Source of the DNA: Thermoanaerobaculia bacterium
GTDB taxonomy: Bacteria; Acidobacteriota; Thermoanaerobaculia; UBA5066
Reading direction: 5' to 3'
DNA length: 64,000 bases
NCBI GenBank assembly: GCA_041482235.1
Contig: JBGPDK010000001.1
Coordinates: 759 to 64,758, forward strand
Each line of letters begins with the position of its first letter. The first letter of the stretch is position 1. A program made the position numbers and the translations under genes. Below are positions 27,374-37,226 of the stretch, in pieces. Below the pieces are notes generated by a model. It worked only from the letters and a program-made list of their open reading frames with translations. It was not told where the DNA came from and ran no database searches.

Positions 27374-28195
27374 ATGAACAGCCGACTTTTCACGGAGCTT
27401 CCCGGTCTTCTCGAGCAGCACGGGCGCCTCGCGATGGCGACGATCGTGTCCGCCGTCGGCTCGACGCCGCGCGAGACGACCGCCCGCATGCTCGTCCTGC
27501 CGGACGGATCGACCAGGGGAACGATCGGGGGCGGCAGGTTCGAGTCGCTCGTCCTCGCCGATGCCAGGAAGCTCCTCGACGCCCATGGCCTCCCTTTCAC
27601 CCGCGGCTACGACTTCGTCCCGACCGGAGAGAACGCGTTCGGCGCGGTCTGCGGCGGAACGGTGACCGTGCTCCTCGAGGTCATGGAGCGCGCGCCTCAC
27701 CTCCTCGTCGTCGGCGCGGGCCACTGCGGCCGCGCCCTCGCCCGTGTCGCGCGCCTGACGGGGTGGGACGTCACGGTGGCCGACGAGAGGCCCGGACAGC
27801 TCGAACCGGGGGCGTTCCCGGAAGGAGTCCGGCTCGTGCAGGTGAAGGACGATTATTCGGACCTGCCCGTGCCTGGACCGCGGGACTCGGTCGCGCTCGT
27901 CTCGCGCGGCCACGTGACGGACGGGCAGGCGTTCCGGCGCTTGCGCCGCGTCCCGCTCGCCTATCTCGGAATGATCGGAAGCAAGGCGAAGCGCAAGGCT
28001 CTCTTCGACGAGCTGCGGACCGAGGGCTTCACCGAAACCGAGCTGGGCCGCGCGCGGAATCCGATCGGACTCGACATCGGAGCCGAGTCACCCGAGGAGA
28101 TCGCTATCGCGATCATGGCGCAGCTGATTCAGACGAGACGGGGGCAGGCTCAGCTCAACGCGCTCCCGCCGGCACCGCCGCGTAGACCGGCGTGA
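27374..28195 (+). CDS. xdhC: XdhC/CoxI-family molybdenum cofactor insertion chaperone (PaoD-like)
   Basis: N-terminal XdhC_CoxI domain and Rossmann-like LLVVGAGHCGRALARVARLTGWDVTVAD. Confidence 0.85.
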   Translation: MNSRLFTELPGLLEQHGRLAMATIVSAVGSTPRETTARMLVLPDGSTRGTIGGGRFESLVLADARKLLDAHGLPFTRGYDFVPTGENAFGAVCGGTVTVLLEVMERAPHLLVVGAGHCGRALARVARLTGWDVTVADERPGQLEPGAFPEGVRLVQVKDDYSDLPVPGPRDSVALVSRGHVTDGQAFRRLRRVPLAYLGMIGSKAKRKALFDELRTEGFTETELGRARNPIGLDIGAESPEEIAIAIMAQLIQTRRGQAQLNALPPAPPRRPA

Positions 28196-29102
28196 GCCAG
28201 CCGTAGCGATCGTCGACCTTGCCTTCGACGATATCGAAGAAGGCCTTCTGCAGCGCGGCCGTCATCTGACCGCGTTTGCCGTCCCCCACCGCGATCCGGT
28301 CCACGGAGCGGATCGGCGTGATCTCGGCGGCCGTGCCCGTGAAGAACATCTCGTCGGCCGCGTAGATCATCTCGCGGGGAATCGTCTTCTCTTCCATCTG
28401 GAAGCCGAGCTCGCGCGCGAGCTGGATCACAGAGAGGCGCGTGATGCCCGGCAGCGTGGAGGCCGAGAGGGGCGGCGTGTAGAGGCGGCCCTTCCAAACG
28501 AGGAAGAGGTTCTCCCCGGAGCCCTCGGAGATGCGCCCGTTGTGGTCCATCGCGATCCCCTCGTGGTACCCGTTCGTGATGGCCTCCATCTTGATGAGCT
28601 GGCTGTTCGCGTAGTTCGCGGTCGCCTTCGCCATCGCGGGCATCGTGTTGGGCGCGATGCGCATCCAGGACGAGCAGCAGGCGTCGACGCCCTGCTCGAT
28701 CGCGTCGGCCCCCAGATACTTACCCCATTCGTAGCACCCGATCGCCACGTCCACCGGGTTGGGGAACGGGTTGACGCCGAGCGAACCGTACCCGCGGTAG
28801 ACGAGCGGCCGGATGTAGCAGGCCTTGAAGTCGTTCGCGCGCACGACTTCGAGCGTCGCGTCACGGAGCTGGTCGATCGTGAACGGGATCGTCATGCGGT
28901 AGATCTTCGCGGACCAGAAGAGTCGGTCGAGATGGTCGTCGAGCCGGAAGATCGCGGGCCCGCGCGCCGTGTGGTAGCAACGTTCGCCTTCGAAGACGCC
29001 GGACCCGTAATGGAGGGCGTGCGTGAAGATGGAGATCTTCGCGTCCGCGAAGTCCACCAGCTTCCCGTTCATCCAGACCTTCTTCACGTTCTCGAAGCCC
29101 AT
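28155..29102 (-). CDS. ilvE: branched-chain amino acid aminotransferase
   Basis: Class IV PLP fold along the full length (GSGVFEGERCY, MDHNGRISEGSGENLF, AADEMFFTGTAAEITP). Confidence 0.95.
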   Translation of the reverse strand: MGFENVKKVWMNGKLVDFADAKISIFTHALHYGSGVFEGERCYHTARGPAIFRLDDHLDRLFWSAKIYRMTIPFTIDQLRDATLEVVRANDFKACYIRPLVYRGYGSLGVNPFPNPVDVAIGCYEWGKYLGADAIEQGVDACCSSWMRIAPNTMPAMAKATANYANSQLIKMEAITNGYHEGIAMDHNGRISEGSGENLFLVWKGRLYTPPLSASTLPGITRLSVIQLARELGFQMEEKTIPREMIYAADEMFFTGTAAEITPIRSVDRIAVGDGKRGQMTAALQKAFFDIVEGKVDDRYGWLTPVYAAVPAGAR

Positions 29103-29165
29103 GAGGTCCTCCGTCGCGGCTCGCCTTGAATCCTAACTGAAAGGGGCCTCGTGGTTCGCGGGGAT

Positions 29166-29990
29166 TCAGACCGGATCGACCAAGCGGGACAGAGCCACGA
29201 CCACGGCGGTTTCGAGGCGGAGGACACGCGGGCCGAGGGAGAGGGGAACGGCGCCGGCGTCCCGAAAGAGCCGTTTCTCGTCGTCGGTGAAGCCGCCTTC
29301 CGGTCCGATGGCGACTGCCAAGTCTCGGCCGGCCGGTATCCCCGCTCCTTCGCGCGTGAACTCGCTTCGCTCAGACAGCACGCGCGTGCGTCGCGAGGGC
29401 ACCGGCCCGTCCTCGACTTTCCCAGCGGGGTCCGCGATCAGAAGAAAGAGCGGGGTTCCCTCTCTTACCTTTCTAAGAAGATCTTCGGTTCTCTCCGGAC
29501 CCTCCACGAAAGGCACGATCGTGCGGCCGCACTGCTTCGTCGCCTCTTCCGCGATCCGAACCAGCCGGGGAATCCTCTTCGACAGCGCCGCGACGTGAGA
29601 CCTTTGTGACCGCTCGGCATCGAGGAGGACGAAACCCGCCGCGCCGCATTCCGTGCCTTTCTCGATCGCCCATTCGACGCGGGCAGGCTCGGCGCACGCG
29701 AGGGCGATTGTCACGCGGACCGCGGACTCGCCGGGCGGGAGGGAGGAAGAAGAGGAAGATTCCTCTTCGAAAGTGAAGAGGGCCACGGCCGTCCCCTTGC
29801 GGGCGATCGCCCCGCGTGCTCTGAGGCCTTTGCCGTCGAGGACCACGACCTCCGTCCCGTCGCGCAGCCGACGGGAGCGGACGTGATCTCTCTCTTCCTT
29901 TCTAAGCAATATTTCTTCGGACGATCCCCGATGCTCGGCGAGTTCCGGCACGAGCACGCGTGGCGGGCTCGGGACGTGGCTATCACCCAT
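29166..29990 (-). CDS. rsmE: 16S rRNA (uracil1498-N3)-methyltransferase
   Basis: PRVLVPELAEH N-terminus, VVLDGKG, LACAEPARVEWAIEKGTECGAAGFVLL. Start at M46 of the listed ORF. Contains three AT-rich motif copies in-frame. Confidence 0.85.
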   Translation of the reverse strand: MGDSHVPSPPRVLVPELAEHRGSSEEILLRKEERDHVRSRRLRDGTEVVVLDGKGLRARGAIARKGTAVALFTFEEESSSSSSLPPGESAVRVTIALACAEPARVEWAIEKGTECGAAGFVLLDAERSQRSHVAALSKRIPRLVRIAEEATKQCGRTIVPFVEGPERTEDLLRKVREGTPLFLLIADPAGKVEDGPVPSRRTRVLSERSEFTREGAGIPAGRDLAVAIGPEGGFTDDEKRLFRDAGAVPLSLGPRVLRLETAVVVALSRLVDPV

Positions 29991-30840
29991 TCGAAGATAC
30001 CCACGCGGACCCGAGCCACTCGTTTTCCTCGAGGGAACGAACGATGCGAAAGCCGCTTCTTCGAAGCAATTCTTCCCACTCCCCTCTTCTCTCGACGAGC
30101 TGGCCGGATGTGAGAAGCCGTCCACCGGGCACGAGCCTCCCTCGGAGGCCCGCGAGCAGTGGGGCGATCTCTTCGTGGATCAAGTTCGCGACGATGACGT
30201 CGAACCTCGCCGCCGGGCGCAGCGCGTCGAGGGGCCCCGCGAACGCGGCGACCCGCGGAATCCGGTTCGCTCGCGCCTGCTCGCGCGCCGCGAAGGCCGC
30301 GTCGCGGTCGAGGTCGAATGCGACCACGTGACACGCGCCCTCCAGCGCTGCGACGAACGCGAGCGTCCCCGTGCCGCAGCCCACGTCGAGAACGCGCGCG
30401 TCGCGGAGGTCCTCCGCGAGGAGGAGACGCACGGCGAGCCGCGTGGACTCGTGCGACCCGGTTCCGAAGGCACGCACGGCAGGGAGATACAGCCTGCGTA
30501 CTCCCGCCGCGGGCTGCGATGCGAGAGCGCCTTCATGCGGATCCAACAGATAGCGCTCCACGAGAACGGCTTTCCGCAAGGCGGCCGACTCGGCGACCCA
30601 ATCGGTGGCTTCTTCTTCGAAGGTGGAAAGGCCGGTTGCGCCTGCGCGCGCGAGAGCCGCCAGTGCCGCCTCGAGGCTTTCGTGCTCGACCCAGATCCAC
30701 AGGGTGCAATTCGCGCTGCGAGTGGACGAGAACGAAACGTCTCCCATCCCTTCGAAGAATTCCTCTTCTTCGAACATCGTGGCGAGCGGCGCCGGCACCT
30801 CGATGCGCACGGCTCCCGCGTCTGCCATCTCTTTATTCAC
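29983..30840 (-). CDS. prmA: ribosomal protein L11 methyltransferase
   Basis: FGTGSHESTRLAVRLL and VLDVGCGTGTLAFVAALEGA. Confidence 0.85.
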   Translation of the reverse strand: MNKEMADAGAVRIEVPAPLATMFEEEEFFEGMGDVSFSSTRSANCTLWIWVEHESLEAALAALARAGATGLSTFEEEATDWVAESAALRKAVLVERYLLDPHEGALASQPAAGVRRLYLPAVRAFGTGSHESTRLAVRLLLAEDLRDARVLDVGCGTGTLAFVAALEGACHVVAFDLDRDAAFAAREQARANRIPRVAAFAGPLDALRPAARFDVIVANLIHEEIAPLLAGLRGRLVPGGRLLTSGQLVERRGEWEELLRRSGFRIVRSLEENEWLGSAWVSSNG

Positions 30841-30880
30841 CTTCTAGGCAAAGCGCCGAGCCCCGGTGCGAGACGGGTGC

Positions 30881-32002
30881 CTAACCACCGAGAAAGTCCT
30901 TCAAGCGCTCGAAGAACCCCTTCTCGTCCTTCGTCGGCGTTCCCGACTCCGACTCGAAGGCTTCCGCGAACCTCTCGACGGCGTCGCGCTGCGCGCCGTT
31001 CATCTTCTTCGGAACGCGCACGGTGAGGAGGACGTGCTGGTCGCCTCTGCCCCGGCCGTCGAGGCGCGGGATGCCTTTGCCCTTGAGCGTGAAGACGCGG
31101 CCCGCCGCGGTGCCGGCGGGAATGTCGAAGGTGGCCTCTCCATGGAGCGTCGGAACGCGAAGCGTGCCCCCGAGCGCCGCAACGTGAAAGGGGACCGCCC
31201 AGGCGAGCACGACGTCGACGCCGTCTCGCCGGAACTGCTCGTGGGCCGCCACCGAAATGAAGACATAGAGATCGCCGGGACGACCGTCTCGCCGGCCGGC
31301 ATTTCCCTCACCCGCGAGGCGCAGCCTCGCGCCCTCGTCGACTCCCGGGGGGATCGCCACGGTCAGCGTGCGCGCACGGCGCACGCGGCCGTCGCTCCGA
31401 CAGTCGGGACACGGATCCTTGATGCGCTCGCCCGACCCCTCGCAGTCGGGGCACGGACGGGCGACGGCGAAGAACCCCTGCCGATACTGGACGCGGCCCT
31501 GGCCGCGGCAGGTGTGACAGGCGACCGGCGCGGCCCCGCCGCGGCCACCGCGTCCCCGACACGCCTCGCAGCGCTCGAAGCGCTGGATCGGCACCGACAC
31601 CTCCGAACCGAAGGCGGCGTTTTCGAATGTAAGCGTCACCTCGGCCTTCAGGTCCTCGCCGTTGCGGCGGGATGCCCGCGCTTCCCCGCCCGTCGCGAAC
31701 CCGAACAGGTCCCCGAGGATGTCCGCGAAGTCCACGAACTGAGTCGGGTCGAAGCCCGCCGCGCCCGCGCCGCGCACGCCCTCCGCGCCGAAGCGGTCGA
31801 AGCGGGCGCGCTTGTCAGGATCCGACAGGACCGAGTAGGCCTCGGCGGCCTCCTTGAACTTCGCCTCGGCCGTCTCGTCTTCGGGGTTCTTGTCGGGATG
31901 GTGCTTCAGCGCCGCCTTGCGGTAGGCGGCCTTGATCTCCTCGGAGGACGCGTTTCGTCCCAACCCGAGGACCTCGTAGTAGTCGCGAACGGATGTGCTC
32001 AC
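30881..32002 (-). CDS. dnaJ: molecular chaperone DnaJ
   Basis: J-domain HPD (HHPDKN), G/F region, four CxxCxGxG zinc-finger repeats. Confidence 0.95.
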   Translation of the reverse strand: MSTSVRDYYEVLGLGRNASSEEIKAAYRKAALKHHPDKNPEDETAEAKFKEAAEAYSVLSDPDKRARFDRFGAEGVRGAGAAGFDPTQFVDFADILGDLFGFATGGEARASRRNGEDLKAEVTLTFENAAFGSEVSVPIQRFERCEACRGRGGRGGAAPVACHTCRGQGRVQYRQGFFAVARPCPDCEGSGERIKDPCPDCRSDGRVRRARTLTVAIPPGVDEGARLRLAGEGNAGRRDGRPGDLYVFISVAAHEQFRRDGVDVVLAWAVPFHVAALGGTLRVPTLHGEATFDIPAGTAAGRVFTLKGKGIPRLDGRGRGDQHVLLTVRVPKKMNGAQRDAVERFAEAFESESGTPTKDEKGFFERLKDFLGG

Positions 32003-32025
32003 GGGATGCTGCTACGAAGCGGACG

Positions 32026-33876
32026 TCAGGCCGGCTTCTCCGCGCCGTCTCCGCGCCGCTCCTTGGACTCGGGTTTGTAGAGCATCGCTTGCGTGAGGAT
32101 GCGCGAGACGCCCTTCATGTCGATCATCGCGTCGTCGATGGGGCCTCGCTCCTCTCCCGTCAGGACCTCGCGCGCATTTTCGAGCGTGCGTTTGACACGG
32201 TCGTTCTCGTCGGGCTGCAGAAGGCTGCCGAACTCGCGGAAGATTCGGTCGTTCCCGGCGATCATCCCTTCGAGCTTGTTCTTCAGCTGCCGCAGCTCCT
32301 TGCGCTTCGTGTCGGCCGCCTTGTTCGCGTTGGCCTCCTCGATGATCTTCTCGACCTCGACCTGCGACAGGCCGCCGGCCGGGTTGATCTGAAGCCCCTG
32401 CGCCTTGCCGGTCGCGAGGTCCTTCGCCGACACGTTCACGATTCCCGAGGAGTCGATCGCGAACGTGACCTCGATCTGAGGAACGCCTTTGGCGGCCGCC
32501 GGGATCCCGACGAGCTGGAACTTGCCGAGAGACTTGTTCTCCTTGGCGATGTCGCGCTCGCCCTGCAGGACGTGGATCTCGACGGTCGTCTGGTTCTCGG
32601 CGACCGTCGTGAAGATCTGCGTGTTCTTCGTCGGAATCGTCGAGTTGCGCTCGATGAGCTTGACGAAGATGCCGCCGTGCGTCTCGAGACCGAGCGAAAG
32701 CGGAGTGACGTCCAGAAGAACGAGATCCTTGATGTCGCCTCTCAGGACGCCCGCCTGGATCGCGGCGCCGACGGCCACGACCTCGTCCGGGTTGATCGAC
32801 CGGTTGGGCGGCTTGCCGAAGATCTCCTCGACCATCTGTTGCACCTTCGGCGTGCGGGTCTGCCCGCCCACGAGGATGATCGTGTCGACCTGATCGGGCT
32901 TGAGGCCGGCCGCCTCGAGCGCGTTCCGGCACGGGCCCTCGGTGCGCTTGATGAGGTCCGCGGCGAGCACCTCGAAGGTGTCGCGGGTCAGCAGCTTGTT
33001 GATGTGCTTGGGCCCCGACGCGTCGGAAGCGATGAACGGGAGCGCGACCATCGTCTCCTGCGCGGTGGAGAGCTCGCACTTCGCCTTCTCGGCGGCCTCT
33101 TTGAGCCGCTGGAGCGCGAGGCGATCTTGCCGCAGGTCGATGCCCGTCTGCGTGAGGAACTCGGCGAGGAGCCAGTCCATGATGGTCCGGTCGAAGTCCT
33201 CGCCGCCCAGGAACGTATCGCCCGAGGTGGAGAGCACTTCGAACATGCCGTTGTCGATGCGGAGGATCGAGACGTCGAACGTGCCGCCGCCGAGGTCGTA
33301 GATGGCGATCGTCTCCTGCTTGAGGTTCTTTTCGAGCCCGTACGCGAGCGCGGCCGCCGTGGGCTCGTTGATGATCCGCAGCACCTCGAGGCCCGCGATG
33401 CGGCCCGCGTCGCGGGTGGCCTGCCGCTGCGAGTCGTCGAAATACGCCGGGACGGTGATGATCGCCTCCCGGATCTCCTCGCCGAGGGCCTCCTCGCAGA
33501 ATTCCTTGATCTCGCGCAAGGTGAACGAGGAGATCTCCTCGGGCGAGTAGTCCCGGTCGCGCACCCGGATCTTCACGTCGCCGTTCGGTGCCGCGACGAG
33601 CGCATAGGAGAGGTGCTCGCGCGCGTGCATGACCTCGGGGTCCGTCATCTTGCGCCCGATGAGGCGCTTGACGGCGTAGATCGTCTGCGTGGGATTCGTG
33701 ATGGCCTGGCGCTTGGCGATGTGGCCGACGAGACGCTCGCCGTCCTCCGTGAAGCCGACGATCGAGGGCGTCGTACGGGCGCCCTCGCGGTTCGCGATGA
33801 CCTGGGGCGAGCCGACCTCGACGACGGCAACGCACGAGTTCGTCGTGCCGAGGTCGATGCCGAGAACCTTGCTCAC
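32026..33876 (-). CDS. dnaK: molecular chaperone DnaK (Hsp70)
   Basis: [21 protein letters not shown], and conservation along the full length. Confidence 0.97.
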   Translation of the reverse strand: MSKVLGIDLGTTNSCVAVVEVGSPQVIANREGARTTPSIVGFTEDGERLVGHIAKRQAITNPTQTIYAVKRLIGRKMTDPEVMHAREHLSYALVAAPNGDVKIRVRDRDYSPEEISSFTLREIKEFCEEALGEEIREAIITVPAYFDDSQRQATRDAGRIAGLEVLRIINEPTAAALAYGLEKNLKQETIAIYDLGGGTFDVSILRIDNGMFEVLSTSGDTFLGGEDFDRTIMDWLLAEFLTQTGIDLRQDRLALQRLKEAAEKAKCELSTAQETMVALPFIASDASGPKHINKLLTRDTFEVLAADLIKRTEGPCRNALEAAGLKPDQVDTIILVGGQTRTPKVQQMVEEIFGKPPNRSINPDEVVAVGAAIQAGVLRGDIKDLVLLDVTPLSLGLETHGGIFVKLIERNSTIPTKNTQIFTTVAENQTTVEIHVLQGERDIAKENKSLGKFQLVGIPAAAKGVPQIEVTFAIDSSGIVNVSAKDLATGKAQGLQINPAGGLSQVEVEKIIEEANANKAADTKRKELRQLKNKLEGMIAGNDRIFREFGSLLQPDENDRVKRTLENAREVLTGEERGPIDDAMIDMKGVSRILTQAMLYKPESKERRGDGAEKPA

Positions 33877-34646
33877 GTGGCGCCTCCTCGCTCAACCCTG
33901 CCGTCCCCGGCGGCCGGAGGCGCCGCGACTTTTACTCGCGCGGGCCGCAGAAGCCGGTCGTTCAGCAGGTACCCCTTCTGGAGAACCCCGATCACCGTGC
34001 CCGGCGCGGCGGATTCCGTCTCCTCGCGCACGACGGCCTCGTGCACGTTCGGATCGAACGGGAGGTCGGCGGCCGGCACCTCGACGACCCCGTACTTCTT
34101 CAGGGTCTCGCCGAGCTGCCGGGCGATCATGTCGATACCGGCCTGGAAGTCCTCGTTCGAGGCGCCCCCCCGGTGCGCGAGCGCCCGCTCGAAGTTGTCG
34201 AGCACGCCAAGGAGGTCGTGAAAGACCTCGGCCAGGGCGAACTTGTAGTAGTCCTGCTTCTCCTTCTCGGTGCGGCGCTTCAGGTTGTCGAAATCGGCCA
34301 CCTTGCGCAGAAGGGCTTCCTGGACGCGGCCGGAGTGCTCCTCGGCTCGGAGCGCGCGTTCGCGCTGTTCCACGAGTTGATCCTCGAGGAGGGCGAGGCG
34401 CTGGTCCGGCACGGGCGGACCAGCGGGCGCAGGGGCGGGCGCGGGCGCAGGGGCGGGCGCGGGATCCGGTTCGGGCTCGGAGACCGCGATCGCGACGGAA
34501 CGCGCCTCTTCGCGTTTGCGGCGCTTGTCCTCGACGGCCTCGATGGCACGCTCCGCCTCGGCGAGCGCGCGCGCGACGTCGTCGCTCTCGGTGTCGAGAA
34601 AGATGATGCCTTCTTCCCCGCGCCGCGGCTTTTTCGGGCCGCTCAT
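33873..34646 (-). CDS. grpE: nucleotide exchange factor GrpE
   Basis: C-terminal GrpE fold (DFDNLKRR...FHDLLGVLDNFERAL...VIGVLQKGYLLNDRLLRPARV). N-terminal (PA)n linker. Confidence 0.9.
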   Translation of the reverse strand: MSGPKKPRRGEEGIIFLDTESDDVARALAEAERAIEAVEDKRRKREEARSVAIAVSEPEPDPAPAPAPAPAPAPAGPPVPDQRLALLEDQLVEQRERALRAEEHSGRVQEALLRKVADFDNLKRRTEKEKQDYYKFALAEVFHDLLGVLDNFERALAHRGGASNEDFQAGIDMIARQLGETLKKYGVVEVPAADLPFDPNVHEAVVREETESAAPGTVIGVLQKGYLLNDRLLRPARVKVAAPPAAGDGRVERGGAT

Positions 34647-35701
34647 GCGGCTCCTTCCGTGAGACGCCGGCTCACATAACGCGAGAGCTCGTCCACGAGC
34701 GGCACGACGCGCGCGTACTCCATCCGGCGCGGTCCGATCACTCCGAGCGCGCCAAGCACACGGTCACCCCGGCGGTACGGCGCGGAAACGACGGCGCTGC
34801 CTGTCTCCTCGGTGAACGGGCTCTCGGAGCCGATCACCACCGCGAGGCTGTCGGAAGCGACGCAGTCGGTGAGGAGATTCACGAGCCGGGCCTTCTCCTC
34901 GAAGGCGCGGAACATCCGCCGCAGGGCCTCGAGGTCGTTCCGGAATTCGGGCTTCTCGAGCAACGACTCGGTGCCCTCCATGTAGACAGCTTCCTCGGGC
35001 GGACGCGTCTCGGCGAACGCGTGGCGCCCGAGCTCGAAAGCCCGTGTGAGAGCGTGGTCCATGCGCACCTTCTCCTCGTCGAGCGAGGCGAGAAGGAGAA
35101 CGCGGATCTCGTCGAGGCTCTTCCCCGCGAAGTCGATCGTGAGCCGGTTCGAAATGGCGTCCAGCTCGGCGTGCGAGAAGTCCTCGCGGGTCTCGATGAG
35201 ACGCGTCGCCACGAGTCCCGTGTCGGAGACCTCGGCCACGAGGACCCTGCGGTCGGCCACGCGCGTGAAATGGACCGATGCCAGGACGAAGCTCATCGAA
35301 GCGGGAGCGGCCACGACACCGACCTCCCCCGTCAGGCGCGAGAGGACCCGCGAGGTGGCCTTCAGGAAGCGCTCGGTCTCGAAGGGTTCGGGCGAGAGCT
35401 CCACGGCGATCCGGGCGCGGTCTTTCTCGCTGGGCTCGTGCGCCGGCATCAGGTCGCGGACGAACGTCCGGTACCCGAGATCGGTCGGCACGCGGCCGGC
35501 CGAGACGTGGGGATGCGTCAGGAAGCCGAGGTCCTCGAGGTCGGCCATCGCGTTGCGGAGCGAAGCCGACGAAAGCCCGAACTTCCCGCCTCTCGTCAGC
35601 TGACGCGACGAGACGGGCACGGCGCTCTCGATGTACGCAACGATCACCGACGCGAGAACGTCGCGCGATCGGCCGTCCAAACCCTTGAAATCGTTGACCA
35701 T
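34643..35701 (-). CDS. hrcA: heat-inducible transcription repressor HrcA
   Basis: MVNDFKGLDGRSRDVLASVIVAYIESAVPVSSRQL winged-helix N-terminus. Start at M31 of the listed ORF. Confidence 0.9.
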   Translation of the reverse strand: MVNDFKGLDGRSRDVLASVIVAYIESAVPVSSRQLTRGGKFGLSSASLRNAMADLEDLGFLTHPHVSAGRVPTDLGYRTFVRDLMPAHEPSEKDRARIAVELSPEPFETERFLKATSRVLSRLTGEVGVVAAPASMSFVLASVHFTRVADRRVLVAEVSDTGLVATRLIETREDFSHAELDAISNRLTIDFAGKSLDEIRVLLLASLDEEKVRMDHALTRAFELGRHAFAETRPPEEAVYMEGTESLLEKPEFRNDLEALRRMFRAFEEKARLVNLLTDCVASDSLAVVIGSESPFTEETGSAVVSAPYRRGDRVLGALGVIGPRRMEYARVVPLVDELSRYVSRRLTEGAA

Positions 35702-35829
35702 CGCGGCGCAAGGCCCTCCCGCCCCCGCTTGGTTCCGAGACCTCACCGGGAGTTCCGATGATATCAAACAGAACCGCCCCCGGTGTAACATCGGATGCCA
35801 GTCGGGAGGTTCTGCAGGACCTTTTTCTT

Positions 35830-37170
35830 ATGGTTTTTTTCAATTACGCGACGATGCAGATGGCCGCCAAGATCGTGTACTACGGTCCGGGACTCTGCGG
35901 AAAGACCACGAATCTTCACGTGATTTACGGGCGCACGGCGCCCACGTCGCGCGGGGAAATGGTGTGCCTCGAGACGGAAACCGATCGGACTCTCTTCTTC
36001 GATCTGCTTCCTCTCGACGTCGGCATCATCGGAGGCTTCAAGACGCGCCTGCAGCTGTACACCGTTCCGGGGCAGGTCTTCTACAACACGACGCGAAAGC
36101 TCGTCCTCAAGGGCGTGGACGGCATCGTGTTCGTCGCCGACTCGCAGCGGCCCATGCTGGAGCCGAACGCCGCGAGCCTTCGAAACCTCCGCGAGAACCT
36201 CGCGGAGATCGGCGTCTCGCTGGAGGCGACTCCCCGCGTCTTCCAGTACAACAAGCGCGATCTCGCGGACATTCTCACTCTGGACGAGATGAACGACGCC
36301 CTCAATCCGGACCGCTCGACGGAGTGGCACGAGGCCTCGGCCACGAACGGGACCGGCGTTTTCGAGACGCTCAAGGCGATCTCGAAGCTCACTTTACGTT
36401 CGCTGAAGGGGCGAATGGCGGTGGAACAAAGGCGACCTGCCGTCGTCGCGTCTGCGTCCACGCCAGCCCCCCAGCCCATGATGTCGTCAAAAGCCTCGGG
36501 CATCGGCGCCGCGGTCGACCTGATGACGACGGGCTCGGCCGTGTCCGCGGTTCCTGCCGCATCCCGCGACGGTTTCGACTCGACGATTTCCCGACTCAAG
36601 CGCTTCCAGGAGACGGCTCGCCAGCAGGCTCGCGACGAAACCGAGGCGCGGGACCTCCCCGCCGAAACACAATCCGCCCTTCCCGCCGTGACCGCTCCCT
36701 TCGACGCCGCCACCATTCCCCAAGGCGATGACGGGGGCGGCGAAGTAAGCTTCGCCGAGATCCTGCCCCCGCCGAACGAGGCGCCCCTCGACTCTTCTGC
36801 CTCGGTGAAGCACGTGCGCGTACGCTCGAACGTCGACATCCTCTCGGAGCTCGAGAAACTCCGCAAGGTCGCGACGCAGAGGCCGGCGCTGTCCAGCGCT
36901 TCCCGCAAGAGCAAGAGCGCGGCCGATGTCTCCCTGGATGACCTCCTCGGCTCGGCGCGGAACCACAAGCGAGACGTGGCTCAGTCGTTCGACCTCCAGG
37001 TTCCTCGCGACACGCTCGCAAAGACCCGGCACGTGACGGTCGGGCTTTCGTTCGGCGACGGGGACGGTGCGGCCCTCGGCTCCGAAAAGCGGTTCGGCGT
37101 GGATTTCGCGGGCCTGAAGGACGTCAACAAGCTCCTTCTCTCGCTGAAGTTCAACGTCAAGGGCGAATAG
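35830..37170 (+). CDS. mglA: MglA-like Ras-family small GTPase with ~250-aa low-complexity C-terminal extension
   Basis: KIVYYGPGLCGKTTNL, TDRTLFFDLLPL, LYTVPGQVFYN, FVADSQ, QYNKRDL. This is near-identical in motif order to Myxococcus MglA. The tail has high GC3 and is A/S/P-rich. Confidence 0.8.
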   Translation: MVFFNYATMQMAAKIVYYGPGLCGKTTNLHVIYGRTAPTSRGEMVCLETETDRTLFFDLLPLDVGIIGGFKTRLQLYTVPGQVFYNTTRKLVLKGVDGIVFVADSQRPMLEPNAASLRNLRENLAEIGVSLEATPRVFQYNKRDLADILTLDEMNDALNPDRSTEWHEASATNGTGVFETLKAISKLTLRSLKGRMAVEQRRPAVVASASTPAPQPMMSSKASGIGAAVDLMTTGSAVSAVPAASRDGFDSTISRLKRFQETARQQARDETEARDLPAETQSALPAVTAPFDAATIPQGDDGGGEVSFAEILPPPNEAPLDSSASVKHVRVRSNVDILSELEKLRKVATQRPALSSASRKSKSAADVSLDDLLGSARNHKRDVAQSFDLQVPRDTLAKTRHVTVGLSFGDGDGAALGSEKRFGVDFAGLKDVNKLLLSLKFNVKGE

Positions 37171-37226
37171 GGCGGCGGGCGATTTCGCTTGACCTCCCGC
37201 TCCTCCGTCGAGTCCACTTCCTGACG

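Noticed and set aside
29735-29790. Ser-run/Glu-run (FTFEEESSSSSS) in rsmE as a possible in-frame insertion
   Set aside because: It aligns without a gap to the VERRESLRESPLRIHLG region of E. coli RsmE. Only the codon usage is unusual, not the length.
35702-35829. CIRCE (TTAGCACTC-N9-GAGTGCTAA) upstream of hrcA
   Set aside because: It is not present. Only an imperfect CCGATG/CATCGG dyad is there, reported as a low-interest finding.
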